A stretch of 23,035 bases of DNA from Okeania sp. (GTDB taxonomy: Bacteria > Cyanobacteriota > Cyanobacteriia > Cyanobacteriales > Microcoleaceae): contig NZ_JAYKGW010000142.1 in assembly GCF_035285525.1 (NCBI RefSeq), positions 1 through 23,035 of the forward strand, given 5' to 3'. Position 1 is the first letter of the stretch, and each line of letters starts with the position of its first letter. Below, one piece after another: positions 16,757 through 23,035 of this stretch. Made by a program: the position numbers and the translations under genes. The notes below the pieces were generated by a model. The model searched no databases and was not told the origin of the DNA. It saw only the letters and a program-made list of their open reading frames with translations.

Positions 16757-16798
16757 TAATTGTTAATTGTTAATTATTAATTATTAATTATTAATTAA
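16757..16798. repeat. AT-only heptamer array (TAATTGT x2, TAATTAT x3, TAATTAA), ending 4 nt before a start codon
   Basis: Six phased 7-mers occupy the entire region where a ribosome-binding site for the 16803 ORF would be expected. Confidence 0.9.
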
Positions 16799-16802
16799 TT
16801 AA

Positions 16803-17120
16803 ATGGCTATTATAGAATTTGTAATATTTACTGGATTAGGAATTGCATTAGGTGCATTTGTTTTTAATATGTTAAATGATAAACAGCAGCAGCGTATTTT
16901 AGATGATGCTTTCTATAGATTGTTACAGTTGCAAAATGGTAGAATTTCTCTAATTCAATTGGCTGCTGCTGCTAAAGTTGATGCTCAAATTGTTCAGAGA
17001 TATTTAGAAAGTCAAGTAAAAATATTTTCAGCTATTTTAGAAATAGATGAACAAGGAGACACATTTTACAGATTTCCTAAGTTAAGTTTACCCCCTGTTT
17101 TAGATCAACAAAAATGGTGA
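16803..17120 (+). CDS. Small membrane-anchored hypothetical protein with a possible winged-helix C-terminal part
   Basis: 105-aa ORF with one N-terminal TM helix (FVIFTGLGIALGAFVF) and then RISLIQLAAAAKVDAQIVQRYLESQ. No SD is present and the function is unknown. Confidence 0.55.
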   Translation: MAIIEFVIFTGLGIALGAFVFNMLNDKQQQRILDDAFYRLLQLQNGRISLIQLAAAAKVDAQIVQRYLESQVKIFSAILEIDEQGDTFYRFPKLSLPPVLDQQKW

Positions 17121-17136
17121 TTTCAGTGGCGAACCC

Positions 17137-17169
17137 AGAAACCCGGTTTCTCTTAGAAACCGGGTTTCT
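17137..17169. terminator. 15-bp perfect hairpin between the convergent 16803 ORF and lepB (short form of the dispersed AGAAACCCGGTTTCT module)
   Basis: agaaacccggtttct-ctt-agaaaccgggtttct is followed by ttgc. The U-tail is partial, so it is a plausible but unproven terminator. Confidence 0.5.
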
Positions 17170-17185
17170 TTGCATAATTCCTTGA

Positions 17186-17782
17186 TTACATTGTTCCTAA
17201 TCTTTCATAAGGCCAAAAACGAAATATTGCTTTACCTATAATATTTTTTCTAGGCAAAAAACCCCAAACATGGGAGTCATTACTATTGTTGCGATTATCT
17301 CCCATGACAAAATATCGATCTTCAGGAATTTTAATGGAAGTTGGTAAAATATATTCAGGAGGTTCGGCAATATAATTTTCGGTAAGAGGTTCGTCATTAA
17401 TGTATACTATGCCGTTTTCAACTCTGATGGTATCTCCTGGTAAACCTATAACTCGTTTGATAAAAGCTTGATTTTTAGAATAACCGTAGCGTTCTAAGAC
17501 TTGGGGTGGTTGAAAAACAATGATATCACCTGTTGCAGGTGGATTAAATTTGTAAGAGATTTTTTCTATTACCAAGCGATCGCCGACTTCTAAAGTTGGC
17601 ATCATTGAATCTGATGGTATGTATCTTGGTTCTGCTATTAATATTCTGATTAAAAAAGATAAGAATAAAGCGATCGCTAGAACTTTAATATTTTCTTTTT
17701 GCTCCTGCCAGATTTTTAACCACCAAGGAGTTGTCGAGTTATTTGTAATAGTTTGATTTAGGGATTCTTTTTCTGATGTCAT
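17186..17782 (-). CDS. lepB: Signal peptidase I
   Basis: It has an N-terminal TM anchor, the catalytic Ser box IPSDSMMPTL, the Lys box FIKRVIGLPGD and the C-terminal box FVMGDNRNNSNDSHVWGFLP. Confidence 0.93.
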   Translation of the reverse strand: MTSEKESLNQTITNNSTTPWWLKIWQEQKENIKVLAIALFLSFLIRILIAEPRYIPSDSMMPTLEVGDRLVIEKISYKFNPPATGDIIVFQPPQVLERYGYSKNQAFIKRVIGLPGDTIRVENGIVYINDEPLTENYIAEPPEYILPTSIKIPEDRYFVMGDNRNNSNDSHVWGFLPRKNIIGKAIFRFWPYERLGTM

Positions 17783-17814
17783 TTCTATGGTTTTTAATTT
17801 TGATTATTTCGATC

Positions 17815-17915
17815 AGGACTAAAGCCATGTGAACCCAGAAACCCGGTTTCTCCTAGAGATCTATTGCTCAAAATAAGGATATATCGTAGAAACCGGGTTT
17901 CTTTGCGTAAGTCCT
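17815..17915. mobile_element. 101-bp miniature element with AGGACTAAAGCC ... GCGTAAGTCCT termini, carrying the AGAAACCCGGTTTCT hairpin module as its core
   Basis: The termini match the 3456 and 22386 elements. The core arms at 17837-17851 and 17888-17902 are identical to 17137-17169, but the loop is 36 nt instead of 3 nt. Confidence 0.7.
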
Positions 17916-18192
17916 TTCTATTTTATATCATCTGGGTTTGAATAGTTACACTTTGGATAAAAGAAGCACTTATGAAATCTTCCCTACCCCTCTTTCCAAG
18001 CAAGGGAAAAGTTTTTTTATTACTGATTATCCATACATAAGATAAATGATCAAAACTTTTGACAGGAATAAAATAGGATTGGTATATTAAATTAATTATA
18101 TAGCAGTCGAAGCAAAGGTTAGGATTTATAAAAATCCTGAAAATTTTGATAGTCTGTTGTTTCCTGTTCCTTGTTCTCTAGTGCTATAACTT

Positions 18193-20388
18193 ATGTCAGT
18201 GCCAAACCAATTAGAATTTACTCAACCATCTTTAGAACAATATCTCAAAAATTACTTTGGTTATGATTCATTTCGTCCCGGACAAAAACAAATTATTGAA
18301 ACAGCACTTCAACAAAAAGATTTGTTAATTATCATGCCTACTGGTGGGGGAAAATCTTTATGTTTCCAACTACCAGCATTACTTAAATCAGGGTTAACAA
18401 TAGTAGTTTCTCCCCTGATTTCTTTAATGCAAGACCAAGTAGAATCTTTACAAGATAATGGTATTGCTGCCACATTTTTAAATAGCACTTTAGGGTTAAC
18501 TGAAACTAGGAGGCGAGAAACAGATATTATGCAGGGAAAAATCAAGCTTTTATATGTAGCGCCAGAGAGATTATTATCAGAGAGATTTTTCCCATTTTTA
18601 GAATTAATTAATTCCCAACAAGGTATCTCTACTTTTGCTATAGATGAAGCTCATTGTGTTTCTGAATGGGGTCACGATTTTCGCCCAGAATATCGACAGT
18701 TAAAATTGCTAAGAGAAACTTATTCAGATGTACCAATGATGGCTTTAACTGCTACAGCTACCAAACGAGTTCGAGAGGATATTATTACTCAATTAAATTT
18801 ACAAAAACCCTATATTCATGTTGCTAGTTTTTTCCGTTCTAATTTATATTATGAAGTGCGTCAAAAAACCAATCAAAAAAATACTTTTGCGGAAACTTTG
18901 CAAATAATTAGAACAATTGGTGGCTCCGGAATAGTCTATTGTAATAGCCGCAAAAAGGTTGATGAAATTGCTTATAATTTACGGCAAAATCAAGTATCTG
19001 CTTTGCCTTATCATGCTGGTATGAGTGATGAAGAAAGAACTATGAATCAAACGAAATTTATTAGGGATGATATTGATGTAATTGTGGCAACTGTGGCTTT
19101 TGGAATGGGAATTAATAAACCGGATGTGCGGTTTGTAATTCACTACGATTTACCTAAAAATATAGAAGGTTATTATCAAGAAACTGGTAGGTCTGGTCGA
19201 GATGGAGAAGCTGCTCAATGTATTTTATTTTTTAGTTATGGTGATAAAAAAAGTATTGAATATTTAATCGGTCAAAAGGTTGATGAACAAGAACAAAGAA
19301 TTGCTGAACAACAGTTAAGAAGAATTATTAATTATTCGGAAGCTAGTGAATGTCGTCATCGCATTTTATTAGGTTATTTTGGGGAAGAATTTCCGGGAAA
19401 TTGTGGGAATTGTGATAATTGTAAATATCCTAAACCAATTGAAGATTGGACGATTGAAGCGATGAAGTTTTTGTCTTGTGTGGCGAGGACTAAAGAAAGG
19501 TTTGGCATGACTCATATTATTGATGTTTTAAGAGGTTCTAAAAGTCAGAAAGTTTTAGATAAAAAACATGATAAACTTTCTACTTATGGTATTGGTAAAG
19601 ATAAGAGTGTTGAAGAATGGAAAAATTTAGCCAGGTCTCTTTTACATCAAGGTTTAATGGAGGAAACAACTGATGGTTATTCGGTGTTGAAACTTAATCA
19701 AAATAGTTGGGAGGTAATGGGTAGAAAAATTAAGGTAGAAATTGCTATAGACAAGAAACATCAAATTGAGAAAACTACTACTTCTTTAGCAGCAGATGAA
19801 CTAAGATTATTAGGAGAGTTACGGGTATTGCGGAAAAAAATTGCTGATGAACAAATGGTGCCGCCTTATGTGGTTTTTCACGATTCTAATTTACGAGATA
19901 TGGCACAGAAACGCCCTCAAACTTTAGATGAATTTATTAATATTTCTGGGGTGGGTACTCGGAAGCGAGATAAGTATGGTAAACAGTTTATTGAGGTGAT
20001 TAGAAATTATTGTGTAGAGTATGGTTTACCTGCTAATTCGGAACCTGTTCGAGAGTTAGCAAAAGTTGTAGATAATGTTCCTTCTATGACACAGATGGAA
20101 ACATTGGAATTGTACAAAAAAGGATTAAGTATTGATGCTATTGCTAATGAAAGAGGATTGAAAACTAGCACTATTGCTAGTCATTTAGCTGAGTTAATAG
20201 AAAAGGAACAACCAGTAGATATTGATAGGTTAATAAAACTAGAACATCAAGAAAAAATTATTGCTGCAATAGAAGAAATAGGGGATGAAACATTAACACC
20301 TATTTATCAGTATTTACAAGAGCGTTATAGTTTTGATGAAATTAAATTAGTTAGAGCATTTTGGCGGAATGATCAGTTATATTTTTAA
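18193..20388 (+). CDS. recQ: ATP-dependent DNA helicase RecQ with a C-terminal HTH extension
   Basis: The helicase motifs are MPTGGGKSLCFQLPAL, the DEAH box (FAIDEAHCVSEWGHDFRPEY), TATAT and YYQETGRSGRDG. It also has the Zn-binding CGNCDNC, RQC and HRDC (LRKKIADEQMVPPYVVFHDSNLRDMA) domains. About 100 extra residues follow, with an HTH-like segment LSIDAIANERGLKTSTIASHLAELI. Confidence 0.95.
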   Translation: MSVPNQLEFTQPSLEQYLKNYFGYDSFRPGQKQIIETALQQKDLLIIMPTGGGKSLCFQLPALLKSGLTIVVSPLISLMQDQVESLQDNGIAATFLNSTLGLTETRRRETDIMQGKIKLLYVAPERLLSERFFPFLELINSQQGISTFAIDEAHCVSEWGHDFRPEYRQLKLLRETYSDVPMMALTATATKRVREDIITQLNLQKPYIHVASFFRSNLYYEVRQKTNQKNTFAETLQIIRTIGGSGIVYCNSRKKVDEIAYNLRQNQVSALPYHAGMSDEERTMNQTKFIRDDIDVIVATVAFGMGINKPDVRFVIHYDLPKNIEGYYQETGRSGRDGEAAQCILFFSYGDKKSIEYLIGQKVDEQEQRIAEQQLRRIINYSEASECRHRILLGYFGEEFPGNCGNCDNCKYPKPIEDWTIEAMKFLSCVARTKERFGMTHIIDVLRGSKSQKVLDKKHDKLSTYGIGKDKSVEEWKNLARSLLHQGLMEETTDGYSVLKLNQNSWEVMGRKIKVEIAIDKKHQIEKTTTSLAADELRLLGELRVLRKKIADEQMVPPYVVFHDSNLRDMAQKRPQTLDEFINISGVGTRKRDKYGKQFIEVIRNYCVEYGLPANSEPVRELAKVVDNVPSMTQMETLELYKKGLSIDAIANERGLKTSTIASHLAELIEKEQPVDIDRLIKLEHQEKIIAAIEEIGDETLTPIYQYLQERYSFDEIKLVRAFWRNDQLYF

Positions 20389-20878
20389 TGAAAAAAAGTC
20401 TTTTCTACGGAAGTATCAATAAACTATTTGTTCAACTTCCAAACCTAAAAAGGTTGAAATCTTTATCTTGAAAATATTTCATATTTAATCAGCCAACCCT
20501 AATTATTAATTATTACACCGGATTCCATCTTGAGGAATAAAATAAGGTCAACCTAAATGCCTAATTTATAAACTAAATTCAGTGATTAAAAAACCTGGGA
20601 TTTTTCAATAATGGATAATTACCTTTCCTTAAAAGAAAAGAGGATTGAATCAAAGGAAAAAATAATTTTTTTCCTTTAAAGGGGAGGCTTCAAGGGGCGA
20701 ATTATTTAATTATTTAATTATTAATTGTTGGGTAATTATTTAAAGATGTTATAGTTATATTTATATTTATAGCTAATTAATTCTAAGACTTTTTTATAAC
20801 TCTAGTCTAATACTAAAAATAGAATTAAAATAACTTGTCAGTTATATCAAAATTTATTGATGAGTAGGAATGTAATAG

Positions 20879-22231
20879 CTATTTTTCTTTACTTACAGGT
20901 AGAGAAATGATAAACTCAGTTCCTTTCCCTAACTGAGAATTACAAGTTAAGCTGCCTTTGTGTTTTTCGACTACAATGTTACGAGCGATCGCCATTCCTA
21001 AACCAGTTCCTTTACCTACTACTTTTGTGGTAAATCCTTGCTCAAAAACTTTCTCTTTCACTTCCTGACTCATGCCAATACCATTATCTGCAATATGAAT
21101 TATTACCTGTTTTTTATCAACTGAAAACTCTGTTTCGATTCTGATTTGATTGACAATTTCTTTACGTGCTCCCTCTTTATTTGCCTCTTCGATAGCATCA
21201 ATAGCATTACTTAAAATATTCATAAATACCTGGTTTAACTGTCCAGCATAACAATCTATGGGAGGCAAATGTGCATAGTTTTTAATAATATTAATTTCTG
21301 GATAATCTTGGTGAGTTTTGAGGCGATATTTAAGAATCGTAATAGTACTATCAATTCCATCGTGAATATTGTACAAAACTGGATGTTTCGTATCTGTACG
21401 AGAGAAAGTTCTTAAGCTAATACTAATATCTTGAAGTTGTTTGACTCCCACCTCCATTGAATTAATTAATTTTGGGAAATCTTCCCGAATATAATCAAGA
21501 TCTATCTCTTCTATTTCTTCCTTAATTGCCCTCAAATTAGGAGATTCTTTCTCAACTAAATCTAGTAATCTAAATAAATCATTAACATAATCTAAAGCAG
21601 GTTGAATATTACCAGAAAGAAAACCAACTGGATTATTAATATCATGAGCAATATTTGCTAATAAATTTCCCAAAGCTGACATTTTTTCACTTTGAATAAT
21701 CGTAAGTTGAGCTTGTTTTAGTTCATCGTATTTTTCATTCAATTCCTGATTAGCTTTTTCTAATTCCTGATTCACCCGCTGGAGTTGTCTATTTTGTTCT
21801 GCTAGTTGTTGAGCTTGCAGATAATTTTCTTGTTTCAGCATTTTTTTCAGGTGACTGAGTTCTAAATGAGTAGAAATGCGAGCTAAAACTTCCTCTGCTT
21901 GAAATGGTTTCGTAATATAATCCACCCCTCCCACAGTAAAAGCTTTAATCTTATCCATTACTTCATCTAAAGCACTAATAAAAATCACGGGAATATCGGC
22001 AGTCAATTTGTTAGCTTTGAGATTTTGACAAACTTCGTACCCATCCATGTTTGGCATTTTAATATCTAGCAAAATCAAACTGGGAGAAAATTTTTCCATA
22101 AATGCTAGAGCCAATTTTCCACTAGGAAATGCTCGGACTAGATAGCCATTTTCCTTTAATAGACTGCTAAGTACATGTAAATTAGCTGGGGTATCATCAA
22201 TAATAATAATTTGGTCTTGAGTATAATTCAT
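20879..22231 (-). CDS. Hybrid response-regulator receiver / histidine kinase (no sensor domain)
   Basis: The N-terminal REC domain reads IIIIDDTPANL ... LILLDIKMPNMDGYE ... DYITKPF. A Q/E-rich coiled coil follows. The HisKA H-box is MSALGNLLANIAHDINNP, and the HATPase_c N and G boxes are NAIDA, DNGIGM and GTGLGMAI. Confidence 0.9.
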   Translation of the reverse strand: MNYTQDQIIIIDDTPANLHVLSSLLKENGYLVRAFPSGKLALAFMEKFSPSLILLDIKMPNMDGYEVCQNLKANKLTADIPVIFISALDEVMDKIKAFTVGGVDYITKPFQAEEVLARISTHLELSHLKKMLKQENYLQAQQLAEQNRQLQRVNQELEKANQELNEKYDELKQAQLTIIQSEKMSALGNLLANIAHDINNPVGFLSGNIQPALDYVNDLFRLLDLVEKESPNLRAIKEEIEEIDLDYIREDFPKLINSMEVGVKQLQDISISLRTFSRTDTKHPVLYNIHDGIDSTITILKYRLKTHQDYPEINIIKNYAHLPPIDCYAGQLNQVFMNILSNAIDAIEEANKEGARKEIVNQIRIETEFSVDKKQVIIHIADNGIGMSQEVKEKVFEQGFTTKVVGKGTGLGMAIARNIVVEKHKGSLTCNSQLGKGTEFIISLPVSKEK

Positions 22232-22385
22232 GTTTACTATTTAGGGCTTGCATATGGAAATCTCAAAATAATTCACAATCTAGAATTTAGAATTGAAGCA
22301 GCTATCCAGGTGTTGGGGTTGACAAATAATCATATACTTCTGCCTTTCCATAGATTTTTTAGTCTCATTTATAAATTATTCAGTT

Positions 22386-22494
22386 AGGACTAAAGCCATG
22401 AAAGCTATCCGTAGGATGCGTTACGAGATACGCTTGACATATCCCGTAGCGAAACGCACCGATAGTTCATATCTAGTGCCTTGGCGTCAGTCCT
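22386..22494. mobile_element. 109-bp miniature palindromic element, homologue of 3456-3563
   Basis: The termini are AGGACTAAAGCC / GGCGTCAGTCCT. The shared flanks are GCTATCCGTAGG(G/A)TGCGTT and ACGCACCGATA..(T/C)ATATCTAGTG. The central about 30 nt is in the opposite orientation relative to the 3456 copy. Confidence 0.75.
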
Positions 22495-22897
22495 GTTAGT
22501 ATTTTTAGATACAGTTTTTGGTTGGCAAACACTAATTATGCACAAAATCAAGAATAATGCAACTCCAATATCTGAATGCTTACTCTAAAAGTATTTACAG
22601 ATAAAGATTATAGCATTTTTCAAGGCTCGATTTATCGGGAACCGTAAAAGTTCTGCTAAAGCTACCAAAAAGTAAGGTTCCCAAGAAATAGGATTTTAGG
22701 AAGGCCAAGAAGTTTTTCAGTTATCAGCATCTCAGGCTGTTTGCGCAGCATTCCGCAGGAAAACCAGAGGCTGAAAATCCTGAAGTTTATTTCTTTCCGT
22801 CCTCTTATTGTTGCTCCTACTATCTCCGTCTTCCCAGACTCCCCACCCTTTGCACCCTTTCCATACTTCGCACCCTTCCCACATTTTTCAGCAAACC

Positions 22898-23035
22898 CTA
22901 TTTATTTTCTATAGTTGCTAATATTAAATTTAACACTTTTTCATACTCAAAATTATGCAAAGAAGTTTTTAGCGCCAGAGCTAAAGAATCATTATAACTA
23001 GCTATTTGTTTGATTAGCATAGCAATTAAGTCTTC
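22898..23035 (-). CDS. 3' end of a gene continuing beyond the window (C-terminal 45 codons)
   Basis: The frame is open from the window edge and reads EDLIAMLIKQIASYNDSLALALKTSLHNFEYEKVLNLILATIENK-TAG (stop at 22898-22900). It looks helical, and its identity cannot be established from 45 residues. Confidence 0.35.
   Translation of the reverse strand, partial: EDLIAMLIKQIASYNDSLALALKTSLHNFEYEKVLNLILATIENK

Noticed and set aside
16268-16798. The regularly spaced AT-rich repeats (also 3421-3705 and 5050-5264) might be a CRISPR array
   Set aside because: The period is 7 nt with no unique spacers of about 30-40 nt, no 25-40-nt direct repeat and no cas genes. These are STRR-type heptamer arrays.
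18155-18180. Possible LexA/SOS box upstream of recQ (tcctGTTCcttGTTCtcta)
   Set aside because: The cyanobacterial LexA consensus RGTACNNNDGTWCB needs a 4-nt gap and a GTAC first half. Here the halves are GTTC-N3-GTTC, so the spacing and first half are wrong.
1-23035. tRNA, rRNA, transposase or integrase genes
   Set aside because: No GGTTCGAATCC-type T-arm or cloverleaf candidate was found in the spacers. No ORF shows DDE, tyrosine-recombinase or serine-recombinase motifs. All mobile-looking sequences here are non-autonomous miniature elements.

Overview
This is an AT-rich cyanobacterial chromosome segment. At least 12 HIP1 octamers (GCGATCGC), many heptameric STRR arrays and nested miniature palindromic repeats point to a heterocystous Nostocales-type genome. 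This taxon call is an inference from the sequence only. Most coding content is unlinked housekeeping genes. These are guaA, cbiD, proS, an efp-accB-cupin operon, a lumenal cyclophilin-type PPIase, lepB, recQ with a C-terminal HTH extension, a Nudix hydrolase, a GerMN protein, a small membrane/wHTH protein, and a sensor-less response-regulator/histidine-kinase hybrid. The window ends in the 3' end of another gene. The accessory or decaying content has three parts. One is a dead four-helix-bundle (23S-rRNA-IVS-protein/Avd-like) gene enclosed by a long inverted repeat. Next to it lies an orphan PD-(D/E)xK nuclease-fold protein. The third is two adjacent sugar-modification genes, one GT-like and one a polysaccharide pyruvyl transferase, both inactivated by a mix of nonsense and frameshift lesions. 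I see no coherent multi-gene defence or mobile system, no CRISPR array, and no tRNA or rRNA. The unusual signals are in the large intergenic regions. (1) Modular mini-elements share AGGACT...AGTCCT termini but carry different or flipped cores. (2) A 287-bp MITE-like element has a terminal stem whose mismatches are all G-U compatible on one strand. (3) A plus-strand intrinsic terminator has no gene upstream, so it may mark an sRNA or a long 3' UTR. (4) Identical tandem TTATCCATTA boxes sit in the 5' leaders of proS and efp, both proline-translation genes. (5) Heptamer repeats abut or invade CDS ends. All functional calls rest on motif recognition by eye, and no database search was run.
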